Notes under the pieces: model-generated | Seen by the model: the letters and a program-made list of their open reading frames with translations, nothing else | Databases searched by the model: none | What the model was told of the DNA's origin: nothing | Virus record (IMG/VR): IMGVR_UViG_3300028801_000004 | DNA from: a virus | DNA: 52,643 bases | Strand: one strand, 5' to 3' | Made by a program: the position numbers and the translations under genes | Shown here: positions 15,715-24,718 of the stretch, one piece after another | How positions within the stretch are numbered: position 1 is the first letter of the stretch | Layout of the letters: each line of letters opens with the position of its first letter

Positions 15715-17642
15715 TGAAAAAAATCCCGCACCCCGTAACAATTGACTTTGAAACGCATGCGATACAAGGCCGTCCGTACTACCCGCCTGTGCCTGTTGGC
15801 GTCTCTATAAAAAGCTGGGGCCGAAGGGCCAAGTACTACGCGTGGGGGCACACGACGGGGAACAATTGCACCAAGGAAACCGCGCTCGAAGCGTTGAAGG
15901 TCGCATACGCGAACCCGGACGGGGTTCTTTGTCAGAATGGGAAATTCGACCATGATGTGTGTGAAGTGCACTTCGGGGTACCGAGACCTCAGTGGCAAGA
16001 TATGCACGAATCCATGTTCCTCCTGTTCCTCGACGATCCCCATCAACCGCAGCTCGACTTAAAGAGTAGTGCCGAGCGACTACTCGGCCTGCCCCCCGAA
16101 GAGAAGGACGAAGTGGTCGATTGGCTCGTTGAGAACCAGCCCGTTGAAGGCGTGAAGATAAGCCGCTCTAAACAGTCTGATACGTACGCGATGAAGTACG
16201 TGCCGTACTGCCCCGGCGATATCGTAGGTCGGTATGCGAATGGTGACACAACGCGCACGGAAGCTCTGTTCAAGCTGCTGTACCCCAAGACCGTCGAGCG
16301 CGGGATGCTGGAGGCGTACGACCGCGAGCGTAAGCTCATGCCGATACTTTTGGAAATGGAGAGGCGGGGCTTACCTGTGGATCTCCCGCGGTTGCGTACT
16401 GACGTGGTGCTATACCGAGGCTGGTACGCGAAGGTCGACGCGTGGTTACTCAAGCAGCTCGGCGGCGGGGATCTCAACCTCGATAGCGGCGAGCAGTTGA
16501 TGGCGGCTATGATCGCGGCAGGCAAGGTCGACGAATCGAAGATTATTCGTACCCCGAAGTCGGGCAAGCCTGCGACGAACAAAGAAGCGTTGCTGTTTGC
16601 GGTGACGGACAAGTCGCTGCTGGCTGTACTCAAATATCGAGCACAACTGAAAACGTGTTTGGGTACGTTCCTGGAAAATTGGCTCCGGGTGGCTGAGCAA
16701 GGTGGCGGGCTCATATTCACGACTTGGAATCAGGTGCGCAGCCCCGCAGGTGATAGCAACGTGGGGGCGCGTACGGGCCGACTCTCATCCACGCCACCGT
16801 TCATGAACTTGCCCAAGGAGTTCACGCCGATCTTTGCCCACGAAGAGCCCGACCGAGCGAAGGCCAAGTTGCTTCCGAAGTGCCCCATCAAGGGCTTGCC
16901 TACCTTGCCTCAGGTGCGCAGCTATGTGATCCCGTTCGAGGGCGAGGTGCTGATCGACCGAGATTACTCGCAGCAAGAGCCTCGGATCTTGGCGCACTTC
17001 GACGGCGGCGAGCTGATGCAAACGTACATCGCTAATCCATGGATTGACTTCCATGATAGTGCTCGCGACGCGTTGGCTGCGGCCGGCAAGAACTACCCGC
17101 GCAAGGTCGTGAAGAACACGAACCTTGGGCTGATCTACGGGATGGGGGTGGGCAAGCTGGCCGCGAAGAACGACATGTCTGTGAACGAGGCCAAAGCTCT
17201 GAAGGACGCGATCCTGTCGCTGTACCCAGGGCTGAAGGACATGTATAAAGACATGAAAGCCCGATCTCGTTCAGGGGTGCCGTTCCGTACCTGGGGCGAG
17301 CGGGAGGTCCACTGCGAAGCCGATAAGATTATCAACGGGAAGCTCGTCACCTTCGATTACAAAATGGCTAATGGATTAATTCAGGGGAGCGCCGCAGATT
17401 GCACCAAGGAGGCCATCATCCGGTTCCATGCGGCCAAGAGCCCCCTGACCCGGATCTTGCTCAACGTGCATGACCAGATCACGGCCAGCACCCCGAAGCG
17501 CAGCGTGCCGACTGAGATGCAAGTGCTTCGTGTGGCAATGGAGTCAGTCGAGTTCGATGTGCCTATGCTGTCCGAGGGCAGCACGTCGAGTACCAATTGG
17601 AATGACCTGAAGGACTACGATAAAAAGGGCAAGAAGCTATGA
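15714..17642 (+). CDS. Family A DNA polymerase with 3'-5' exonuclease domain
   Basis: Exo motifs IDFETHA, NGKFDHDV and YANGD. Pol motif A DYSQQEPRILAH, motif B RKVVKNTNLGLIYGMG, motif C NVHDQI. ATG 15714 overlaps the upstream TGA; the ORF-track start at 15711 is a TTG. Confidence 0.95.
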   Translation: MKKIPHPVTIDFETHAIQGRPYYPPVPVGVSIKSWGRRAKYYAWGHTTGNNCTKETALEALKVAYANPDGVLCQNGKFDHDVCEVHFGVPRPQWQDMHESMFLLFLDDPHQPQLDLKSSAERLLGLPPEEKDEVVDWLVENQPVEGVKISRSKQSDTYAMKYVPYCPGDIVGRYANGDTTRTEALFKLLYPKTVERGMLEAYDRERKLMPILLEMERRGLPVDLPRLRTDVVLYRGWYAKVDAWLLKQLGGGDLNLDSGEQLMAAMIAAGKVDESKIIRTPKSGKPATNKEALLFAVTDKSLLAVLKYRAQLKTCLGTFLENWLRVAEQGGGLIFTTWNQVRSPAGDSNVGARTGRLSSTPPFMNLPKEFTPIFAHEEPDRAKAKLLPKCPIKGLPTLPQVRSYVIPFEGEVLIDRDYSQQEPRILAHFDGGELMQTYIANPWIDFHDSARDALAAAGKNYPRKVVKNTNLGLIYGMGVGKLAAKNDMSVNEAKALKDAILSLYPGLKDMYKDMKARSRSGVPFRTWGEREVHCEADKIINGKLVTFDYKMANGLIQGSAADCTKEAIIRFHAAKSPLTRILLNVHDQITASTPKRSVPTEMQVLRVAMESVEFDVPMLSEGSTSSTNWNDLKDYDKKGKKL

Positions 17643-18367
17643 CCGCACAAAAAGTAATCCCCATCAAGCCCCTGACCGCCTGGAGCTTCAGTCGCTACCA
17701 GACGTATCAGCAGTGTCCAGCGAAGCTGAAGTACAGCGCGATCATGAAGCTGAAGGAACCTCAGAACGAAGCGATGGCTCGCGGCGAAATGGTGCACAAG
17801 CTGGCCGAGCGCTACGTCAAAGGCGAGATACCGGCGAAGACGCCTCCTGAGTTGGCCAAGTTCAAAGACGAACTTGTACGTCTAAGAGCGATGTACAAGA
17901 AGATCAGCCAGTCTATGACTGCAGAGGATCAATGGTCATTTCGCAGTGACTGGTCGGAAACCACATGGAATGATTGGAATGGCTGCTGGTTGCGCATCAA
18001 GCTCGACTTGGCCCACCACGAGGACGATGAAACGCTGATCGTCACGGACTGGAAGACAGGGAAATTTCGGGAAGACAAAAACGCCGAGTATCTGGAGCAG
18101 CTTGAGCTTTACGCGCTCACCGCATTGCTGCTGCACGAGCATATTCAGAAGGTGAAGCCGCGCTTGATTTACCTGGATCTCGGAGTCGTGTACCCACTCG
18201 TGGATAAGCCTATCACCTACACCCGCGCCGACATCCCGCGCCTGAAGAAGGTCTGGGAAAAACGCGTGGCCCCGATGCTGAGCGATACGGTCTTCGCTCC
18301 GCGCCCCAACAATCTCTGTTCATGGTGCCATTTCCGCAAGGACAACGGCGGCCCATGTGCCTTCTGA
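17639..18367 (+). CDS. PD-(D/E)XK nuclease, Cas4/RecB-like with a 4-Cys cluster
   Basis: D...VTDWKTGK core. N-terminal C (YQQCP) plus C-terminal CSWCHFRKDNGGPC. ATGA overlap with the polymerase gene. Confidence 0.85.
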   Translation: MTAQKVIPIKPLTAWSFSRYQTYQQCPAKLKYSAIMKLKEPQNEAMARGEMVHKLAERYVKGEIPAKTPPELAKFKDELVRLRAMYKKISQSMTAEDQWSFRSDWSETTWNDWNGCWLRIKLDLAHHEDDETLIVTDWKTGKFREDKNAEYLEQLELYALTALLLHEHIQKVKPRLIYLDLGVVYPLVDKPITYTRADIPRLKKVWEKRVAPMLSDTVFAPRPNNLCSWCHFRKDNGGPCAF

Positions 18368-18377
18368 GGATTACGAA

Positions 18378-18626
18378 ATGCGTACCGAAATCAAACGCGG
18401 CAACGTGGAATTTGTAAAGGGGTTCAAAACCACGGATGGAAAGATCCACACCGATGAGCAGAACGCTAACTATTGGCAGCAACAATTAGATTTTAAAACT
18501 TGGTGCGACGATAACATTTGTCGGGGTGGCGAATGGAGTTCATGCATGGTGGCCGAGGCCATTTTGGATGGTTGGAACGTAACTCCACGCGTGTACGGGG
18601 TGGCGACACAGGAGCAACAAGCATGA
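18378..18626 (+). CDS. Hypothetical protein (82 aa)
   Basis: ATG 18378 lies 8 nt after GAGGA. Confidence 0.5.
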   Translation: MRTEIKRGNVEFVKGFKTTDGKIHTDEQNANYWQQQLDFKTWCDDNICRGGEWSSCMVAEAILDGWNVTPRVYGVATQEQQA

Positions 18627-19426
18627 ACCACGTATCAATCGACATAGAAAGCATGGACACCGCGCCCGGAGGCGCGATCTTATCCATCGGCGCCATCGAG
18701 TTCGACCCCATACGAGGCACGGTCGGCCGCCGCTTCCACGAGATCATCAATTTCGACTCGTGTTTGAAGCATGGCTTCACCTGGTCCTCGGACACGAAGG
18801 CGTGGTGGGATAAGCAGAGCCCCGAGGCCCGAGTGACACTCGACCGAGCCATGAATGACCAGGGGCTGCCGGTTAAAGAGGTCCTGCATGCATTCGGTGT
18901 ATGGCTAGAGGGACTGCAGCACGACGGCACAGCGCACACCTGCGTATGGGGTAACGGGGCCGCGTTTGACAACGCGTTCTTGGCCGTCGCCTATGCCCGA
19001 GTGGGGTTGAAGCTACCTTGGTCGTTCTGGAATGATCGCTGCCTACGCACCCTCAAGGGGCTCTTCGCGCCGGACTCCGTAGAGCTGCCGATACGTTCGG
19101 GCGTGTACCACAATGCGCTCGATGACGCTGCGCACCAGGCGCGTTGCGCGATCGTGTACCTGCAAGCGCTGCAAGACGTGAGCCGGCGTGCGGCCCCGCC
19201 CTCGGCGCTCGACGGTCGGCGCGTGGAAAGAGAGGCGTCGGGGCGTATGGTGCGCCCGTCTGCCACCTCCTGGACTGCTGCTGAGCTGATGGGGGCCGGT
19301 CAGTTGGTGGCGAGCCAATCGCCCGTAGGTAATGATAAGCGCTGGCCTATCTGCACGCGCTGCTCGCTCCCCCTCATCCCGACGTCGACGGGCCTGGTGT
19401 GCGAAAACGGGCATTCTGGAGATTGA
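18623..19426 (+). CDS. DEDDh 3'-5' exonuclease (DnaQ-like) with a C-terminal zinc-ribbon-like tail
   Basis: Motifs SIDIES (Exo I), WGNGAAFD (Exo II) and YHNALDD (Exo III). C-terminal CTRC...CENGH. ATGA overlap. Confidence 0.85.
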   Translation: MNHVSIDIESMDTAPGGAILSIGAIEFDPIRGTVGRRFHEIINFDSCLKHGFTWSSDTKAWWDKQSPEARVTLDRAMNDQGLPVKEVLHAFGVWLEGLQHDGTAHTCVWGNGAAFDNAFLAVAYARVGLKLPWSFWNDRCLRTLKGLFAPDSVELPIRSGVYHNALDDAAHQARCAIVYLQALQDVSRRAAPPSALDGRRVEREASGRMVRPSATSWTAAELMGAGQLVASQSPVGNDKRWPICTRCSLPLIPTSTGLVCENGHSGD

Positions 19427-19427
19427 T

Positions 19428-19721
19428 ATGAAATATTTTATTACACCCTATGTGATTGCTAAAGAGACCGAAATGGTGATCGATACTCTGGCCCCCAAGT
19501 TGTTCGCGAGACTCCATGTATTGGTTTATCCAGTAGCTGAAATAGTAGGGCTCGAAGTATCTGTGGAAGCTCGTACGCATAACGAAAATCTCTTCGGCAT
19601 GAGGTTCCTGGTCCGCTATGAAGAGCTGGCAATGAATCTCGATGAATTCTCCAAGCGCATTATCCACCCACGCGTCTATGGACTGATGCGCGCCGCGGAG
19701 GGTGATCATGGCCGGTCCTGA
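19428..19721 (+). CDS. Hypothetical protein (97 aa) in a visibly AT-richer segment
   Basis: ATG lies 1 nt after the upstream stop. Composition differs from the flanking genes by eye. Confidence 0.5.
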   Translation: MKYFITPYVIAKETEMVIDTLAPKLFARLHVLVYPVAEIVGLEVSVEARTHNENLFGMRFLVRYEELAMNLDEFSKRIIHPRVYGLMRAAEGDHGRS

Positions 19722-20052
19722 AGCAACAATTGAGCGCTGGGTGGTGAAACATGCCCGCTCAGACTATGGTGTCGAGAGCGTGAAGCTTTCGATTGGGGGT
19801 GGGTACCCGGATCGGATGTTCCTGATCCCTGGCGGCCGGCCGCTCATGCACGAGTACAAGAGGCTTGGCGGCCGCCCCGACCCGCGGCAGATAGAAGTGC
19901 ACGCGAAGCTCAAGAAGCTGGGCTACGACGTGCAAGTGCATGATGATCGGGATGTCGCGCTGGCTGCTGTGGTTGAGGCGGTGCGGAGGGCCAAGCGCTT
20001 GGCGGCGGAGTTGCATGAGGCAGGTATGGGGGTACGCGATGCCACCACGTAA
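19708..20052 (+). CDS. VRR-NUC domain nuclease
   Basis: GYPDRMFL...HEYK (PD..ExK). GGAGG lies 6 nt upstream of ATG 19708. Sits directly upstream of the SNF2 helicase, as is typical in phage replication modules. Confidence 0.8.
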   Translation: MAGPEATIERWVVKHARSDYGVESVKLSIGGGYPDRMFLIPGGRPLMHEYKRLGGRPDPRQIEVHAKLKKLGYDVQVHDDRDVALAAVVEAVRRAKRLAAELHEAGMGVRDATT

Positions 20053-21577
20053 AGCCGTGCAGGAAGAGCATTTCGAATTGCCCAAGACACCAGTGCCCTA
20101 CAAGCCCTGGAATTATCAAAAGAAAGCGATCAAGTTCGCGCTTGAGCACGCTTGTGCGATGTTGCTCTTAGCACCCGGCCTGGGGAAAACAAGCATTACG
20201 TTCGCGGCCATCAAGTTCCTGCTCAAGCGCCAACTGATCCGCAAGGTGCTGATCATTGCACCTCTGCGGGTATGCTGGCTCGTTTGGCCGGCCGAGCGGG
20301 AGAAGTGGTCCGACTTCGCCGACTTGCGGGTGGTGGTGCTGCATGGCCCCAAGAAGGATAAACTGCTTGAGACTGAGGCGGACATCTACGTCATTAACCC
20401 GGAGGGATTGGACTGGCTGTTCGGTGTGACGAAGACCAAGTACCAAACGCGCACGGGCGCAACAAAGACTAAGGTGGAGGTTGATACCAAGCGTGTTAAG
20501 GCTTTGGGTTTTGATACGCTGGTGGTTGACGAACTAAGTTCTTTCAAGCATACCGGGACGAACCGGTTCAAAGCCTTGAAGCTGGTCCTACATACCTTCG
20601 CACGTCGCTGGGGCCTTACGGGTTCGCCGGCCAGCAACGGTCTGCTCGATCTCTTCGGCCAAGCGTTCGTTATTGACCAAGGCCGTTCGTTGGGCCAATT
20701 CATCACACACTACCGTAATAAATACTTCGAGAACCCACCAGGGGAAAACGGTAAACCATCCCAGTTCGTATGGCGCCCCAGACCCGGCGCCGAGAAGGAG
20801 ATCTACGAGCGGATCGCCCCGTTAGCGCTGCGCATGGCGGCCGAGGACTACTTAGAGTTACCCCAACTGGTCGTGAATATCATCAAGCTCGACTTGCCCG
20901 CCGATGTACGACCGCTCTATGACCAGTTGCATGATGACCTGATCATGAAGATCGAGCAGGGTGTTGTCGTGGCCCAGAACGCGGCGTCGGCGTCGGTAAA
21001 ATGTCGGCAGGTTTCCAACGGCGGGATCTATCTCACTCCCGACCTGGAGATCACGGGGTTCAAGCTCGCCAAGACCCAGCGCGAGTGGGCGAATCTACAC
21101 ACCGTGAAGGTCGACGCGCTGGCCGACCTGATCGACGAACTGCAAGGCCAACCTTTGCTTGTGGCCTACGATTTTGAGCACGACCTGGATCGCTTGCGCA
21201 TCAAGTTCGGGCAGGACATCCCGTACATCGGGGGTGGGGTGAGCACCAAGCGCTCAAAAGAGCTAGAGGGGCAGTGGAACCGCGGCGAACTACCGGTGCT
21301 GTTCGCGCACCCCCAGGCGGCCGGGCACGGGTTGAACCTGCAAGAGTCGGGCTGCCACGTATGCTGGCATTCGATGACATTCGACCTGGAACTGTACGAG
21401 CAGTTTATCCGCCGCGTGCTCAGACAAGGCAACACCTCCAAGCGTGTGTTCGTGCACCACCTGATAATGCGCGACACGGTGGATGAGCTGATGCTTATCG
21501 CGGTGAAGCGCAAGGCCAAGGGGCAGCAGGGTTTGTTCGACGCGTTGCAGGAGATTGCTAAGCGTCGCAAGAAATAA
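20039..21577 (+). CDS. SNF2/RAD54-family helicase
   Basis: Walker A LAPGLGKTS, DExx box VVDELSSFKH, helicase-C GHGLNLQ. ATG 20039 overlaps the end of the VRR-NUC gene. Confidence 0.92.
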   Translation: MPPRKAVQEEHFELPKTPVPYKPWNYQKKAIKFALEHACAMLLLAPGLGKTSITFAAIKFLLKRQLIRKVLIIAPLRVCWLVWPAEREKWSDFADLRVVVLHGPKKDKLLETEADIYVINPEGLDWLFGVTKTKYQTRTGATKTKVEVDTKRVKALGFDTLVVDELSSFKHTGTNRFKALKLVLHTFARRWGLTGSPASNGLLDLFGQAFVIDQGRSLGQFITHYRNKYFENPPGENGKPSQFVWRPRPGAEKEIYERIAPLALRMAAEDYLELPQLVVNIIKLDLPADVRPLYDQLHDDLIMKIEQGVVVAQNAASASVKCRQVSNGGIYLTPDLEITGFKLAKTQREWANLHTVKVDALADLIDELQGQPLLVAYDFEHDLDRLRIKFGQDIPYIGGGVSTKRSKELEGQWNRGELPVLFAHPQAAGHGLNLQESGCHVCWHSMTFDLELYEQFIRRVLRQGNTSKRVFVHHLIMRDTVDELMLIAVKRKAKGQQGLFDALQEIAKRRKK

Positions 21578-21578
21578 C

Positions 21579-21608
21579 TTGCCCACCACAAAATAAATCT
21601 TCTATACT
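21579..21608 (+). promoter_or_regulatory. Candidate sigma70 promoter TTGCCC-18 nt-TATACT
   Basis: Read directly in the 132-nt gap after the SNF2 gene. Two small hairpins follow in the leader. Confidence 0.35.
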
Positions 21609-21709
21609 GCAACCGTTGTACCAACATCGCTGAGGACGAGAGCCAAGCCCCAAACGCTTGGCATCTCCGAGCTTCGTCGAATTCAACCGAAGACCACAAG
21701 GAGAAGCAC

Positions 21710-22192
21710 ATGGCAAACATTGCCAAACCCCCGAGCAGTTTGAACAAACCCGCAGTGAAGACCTCGCCGCCTGCGTCAGCCTTTGCCCCTAAGACCATGC
21801 ACGTGCCGGGCACGATCGCTAGGACGCCCGCCAACACCCCGGTCCCGATCGTGAAGCCTGCGCCCCTGGTGCCGCCGAAAGCGATCGAGCAAGAGCCTGC
21901 GAAGGAGTTGCCCATCGTGAAGACCGAGAGCCCGAAGCCGGGCGATACTTTTACGACCCAAGGGTTCTCTGGAGTCGGAAAGCCGCCAAAGGCTAAGCAA
22001 GTGGGGGCAGTACCCCGCACTTCTCTGTCGAACACTGGGGCCACGGCGATCCTGCGCAAGTTCATTATCGACGGGCGCATGACCGACGACGAAGTGCTCG
22101 ACCAGATCAAGGCCGGGTTCGGGCTTGACGTCGAAGGGCGTAAGGCCCTGGTGGCGTGGTATCGCAAGCATCTGGTGAAATCGGGCCAGTAA
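21710..22192 (+). CDS. Hypothetical protein with a Pro/Lys-rich N-terminal half (160 aa)
   Basis: AAGGAG lies 7 nt upstream. Confidence 0.6.
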   Translation: MANIAKPPSSLNKPAVKTSPPASAFAPKTMHVPGTIARTPANTPVPIVKPAPLVPPKAIEQEPAKELPIVKTESPKPGDTFTTQGFSGVGKPPKAKQVGAVPRTSLSNTGATAILRKFIIDGRMTDDEVLDQIKAGFGLDVEGRKALVAWYRKHLVKSGQ

Positions 22193-22199
22193 TCGTTTT

Positions 22200-22229
22200 A
22201 CGCGCAGTGCCGCCAAGCACCGCGTTTTA
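22200..22229 (+). terminator. Candidate rho-independent terminator
   Basis: acgcg(ca)gtgc-cgccaa-gcac-cgcgt stem-loop followed by TTTTAT, 8 nt after the stop of the 21710 gene. Confidence 0.35.
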
Positions 22230-22373
22230 TATAAAGCCCTCCACACTTGCCAGGCCTTCGAAAGGAGAGTTGGCGTTGATTAGTGCACCAGGGAGGCTGT
22301 CAGAGGTCGACGGGCCGTAGTGCTGATGGGGTGCTCGCAGACCGCCGCAAGTCTGCCATAACAGAGAACCAAG

Positions 22374-22634
22374 ATGCCAAAACCAAAGTATGAGCTATTC
22401 GAGGGAGTAGGCCCGAGCGGCTTCGGGGGTCGGCTCGTGAACCTGCGCACCAAGCGCCGGCTCTCGCGCAAGCAGCTCGCCTCTGAGATCCGAGTGACGG
22501 TACCCACGATCCGGTTGTGGGAGATGGGTGCGTATTCACCGGGGTATTGGAACTTGGTCGAGATCGCCAAGTTCTTCGAGATCAGCCCGAACTGGCTGAT
22601 GGGGATGAGCACCTTGAAGGAGCATTTGGAATGA
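22374..22634 (+). CDS. XRE-family helix-turn-helix transcriptional regulator
   Basis: LRTKRRLSRKQLASEIRVTVPTIRLWEMG....LVEIAKFFEISPNWLMG is a typical HTH_3/Cro-C1 pattern. 86 aa. Confidence 0.8.
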   Translation: MPKPKYELFEGVGPSGFGGRLVNLRTKRRLSRKQLASEIRVTVPTIRLWEMGAYSPGYWNLVEIAKFFEISPNWLMGMSTLKEHLE

Positions 22635-22948
22635 CTCGCTGGAACGTACGCTGCAGCAAGGAAAAATGCAAGCTGCGCTATGTGTTCCCGAAACACCCTG
22701 ACAGCTACAAGGTGCCCCGTAAGTGCGACGGGTGTGGCGGCACCAAGTTCCGGGTAATCAAGAACATGGCGGCCGACCGCGGGTGGTACTCGCTCTGCAC
22801 GTGCGCTGGGTACCCCACCTGGGGCGATGACAACACAGCGAGCCGACCGCCGCACCGCATGGGCAGCCCGGCGTGCTGGTACACACAGACGGGCGAGATG
22901 CGCCCTCAAGAGTATTTCGAACCTGCGGAGGCCGAGAATGATTTATGA
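22631..22948 (+). CDS. Zinc-ribbon-like Cys-rich protein (105 aa)
   Basis: ATGA overlap. CSKEKC...CDGC...CTC...C pattern. Confidence 0.55.
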   Translation: MTRWNVRCSKEKCKLRYVFPKHPDSYKVPRKCDGCGGTKFRVIKNMAADRGWYSLCTCAGYPTWGDDNTASRPPHRMGSPACWYTQTGEMRPQEYFEPAEAENDL

Positions 22949-23345
22949 ACTATCGCAGTCTTTTATCTTCGAAGCCGCGCACGCGCTTCACCGCACGGTG
23001 CCGCTTTTCGAATTCGAACAGAGCGCCCGCATCCACGGACACACGTACCAGGCTGAAATAACGGTTCGCGGCACGAAAGGAGAAAGCGGGATGATCGAGC
23101 TCGCTCGATCTGGGAAAGTGGGCCCGCTCGTCGTGGATCTGTTTGTCCTGCGGGGCATCGTCGCCAAGATTCGAGAACATCTTGACCATCAGTTTCTCGA
23201 TCAAATCCAAGGGCTCGGGCCTGCGACCCTGGAAAATCTCTGCGAGTTCATCGCGGCGAAGGTAAATGAGTCGATTCCCGTGTACTCAGTTACGGTTTCA
23301 CGTGTTGCTGGCGACAAATGCCGTTTGGAACTGGGGCCAAAATGA
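22938..23345 (+). CDS. queD: 6-carboxy-5,6,7,8-tetrahydropterin synthase (QueD / PTPS family)
   Basis: FEAAHAL near the N-terminus and the IHGHTY motif. 135 aa, typical size. Confidence 0.8.
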   Translation: MIYELSQSFIFEAAHALHRTVPLFEFEQSARIHGHTYQAEITVRGTKGESGMIELARSGKVGPLVVDLFVLRGIVAKIREHLDHQFLDQIQGLGPATLENLCEFIAAKVNESIPVYSVTVSRVAGDKCRLELGPK

Positions 23346-24058
23346 TCCACTACCATGGCACGCCGATCGGCGGCTCGCGCCAGGATGTCGCACGGTTCCT
23401 GATCGGCCGGCACGCATTGGTACCATTTCCGCGTAAGGACGACGTAGCGATCGTGGCCGATGTGTGCCAATCGTTCGTATTCGACAACGGTGCTTTCAGC
23501 GTGTGGAAACGGGGCGAAATACTCGACGTCCCCGGATACACAAAGTGGTGCGACGAGTGGCATCGCCACCCAGGGTTCGATTGGGCGCTGATACCAGACG
23601 TGATCGTAGGGGGCGAAGCTGAGAATGATGCGATGCTAGCTGACTGGCCTCGCCATATCGAAGGCGTGCCGGTCTGGCACATGCACGAGAGCCTGAGCCG
23701 GCTAGATAGGCTGGTATGTGAGTACCGTACGGTTTCGTTCGGCAGCTCGGGCCAATGGAAAAGCCCAGGAACTTCCGATTGGTGGATCCGCATGTCGGAG
23801 GCGATGAGGGTGGCCTGTACTGAGGATGGCCATCCGCGTGCCCGGCTGCACGGGCTAAGAATGCTAAACCCTAGAATATTTACCAAATTGCCTTTTGCTT
23901 CAGCCGATAGCACCAATGCCGGAATGAACTGCGGTGCCATCAAGCGGTTCGGGATGTACCCACCCCCTACATCCTCGCAACGAGCGGCTGTGATCGCAGA
24001 ACGCATTGAAACCAATAACTCAGCTGCTGTGTGGGTGCCACAGGAGTCTGGGGAATGA
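23342..24058 (+). CDS. TGT-fold (tRNA-guanine transglycosylase-like) protein; candidate DpdA-type DNA 7-deazaguanine transglycosylase
   Basis: ATGA-coupled to queD. VFDNGAFSVW resembles the TGT DSGGFQ catalytic strand. LHGLRMLNP....ASADSTN resembles VHLFGAGHP....DLFDSAS of archaeal TGT. No C-terminal zinc motif seen. Assignment by eye only. Confidence 0.5.
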   Translation: MIHYHGTPIGGSRQDVARFLIGRHALVPFPRKDDVAIVADVCQSFVFDNGAFSVWKRGEILDVPGYTKWCDEWHRHPGFDWALIPDVIVGGEAENDAMLADWPRHIEGVPVWHMHESLSRLDRLVCEYRTVSFGSSGQWKSPGTSDWWIRMSEAMRVACTEDGHPRARLHGLRMLNPRIFTKLPFASADSTNAGMNCGAIKRFGMYPPPTSSQRAAVIAERIETNNSAAVWVPQESGE

Positions 24059-24528
24059 TCCAACTGACCTTCACGAACTGGCACCCCAAGCGCCGAGTGG
24101 GCACGTTCGGAGCACGCCCGTGCCGAGCCCTGAGGGCCAAGCTCTTGGCGGGGGACTTACATCTCCTGCCGAAGTCGTGGCGGCGGAAATGGATCACGCA
24201 GAGGATCATCGCGACGCCCCCGTGGGCTGACTTCACGCTGATCCGTGCGGTGTACGAAGAGGCTGCGCGCTTGACCTGGGAGACGGGCGTGTTTCACGAC
24301 GTCGACCATGTGGTGCCTCTCAATAATCCTCGCGTATGTGGGCTGCACGTGCACTATAATCTCAGGCCGATGCCTAGTGGCCCGAACAATGCCAAGTCGA
24401 ATACTTGGTGCCCCGAACAGATGGAGTTAGAACTATGGATCACACCGGCATGCAAGTCGTCCGCCCGAAAGCGCGCCCCATCCGAGCATTCGTGCGCCCG
24501 GGCCAAGAGCCTGGAGATCGCACTATAA
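24055..24528 (+). CDS. HNH endonuclease
   Basis: HDVDHVVPLNNPRVCGLHVHYNLRPMPSGPNNAKSN (H-N-N/H core). ATGA overlap with the upstream gene. Confidence 0.8.
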   Translation: MIQLTFTNWHPKRRVGTFGARPCRALRAKLLAGDLHLLPKSWRRKWITQRIIATPPWADFTLIRAVYEEAARLTWETGVFHDVDHVVPLNNPRVCGLHVHYNLRPMPSGPNNAKSNTWCPEQMELELWITPACKSSARKRAPSEHSCARAKSLEIAL

Positions 24529-24710
24529 TCTCGTGGCGAGTGCATGGCTCAGGCGCTGTAGGGTACGGCCCGACGTGGCCGGAAGCGTACAAGATGTGGG
24601 CTGAGCATTACATGAGCGCAGCGCTATACGGCACAGGGCCGTCGCCAAAGAAATCGGTGCTTGGGTTGGACACCAAGCACCGGCGTTTGACATCGCCAAT
24701 TCCCGATTAA
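24435..24710 (+). CDS. Hypothetical protein; last ORF of the rightward arm (start uncertain)
   Basis: ORF in a different frame overlaps the HNH 3' end by about 94 nt if ATG 24435 is used. Its stop lies inside the convergent hairpin. Confidence 0.3.
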   Translation: MDHTGMQVVRPKARPIRAFVRPGQEPGDRTIISWRVHGSGAVGYGPTWPEAYKMWAEHYMSAALYGTGPSPKKSVLGLDTKHRRLTSPIPD

Positions 24711-24718
24711 ATCGGGAA
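24700..24718. terminator. Palindromic hairpin TTCCCGATT-A-AATCGGGAA at the convergence point of both arms; candidate bidirectional terminator
   Basis: Perfect 9-nt arms. The + strand TAA (24708-24710) and the - strand TAA (24707-24709) both lie inside it. No flanking U-tracts. Confidence 0.4.

Noticed and set aside
21166-22167. 333-aa minus-strand ORF. The same issue applies to other long antisense ORFs: 13071-14030, 10377-11261, 16043-16720, 23350-24084, 41369-42235, 45935-46891, 46575-47420 and 47974-49320.
   Set aside because: All lie opposite genes with strong motif support (SNF2, polymerase, coat, portal and others). They lack SDs and have Arg/Ala/Pro/Gly-biased composition typical of shadow ORFs in GC-rich DNA.
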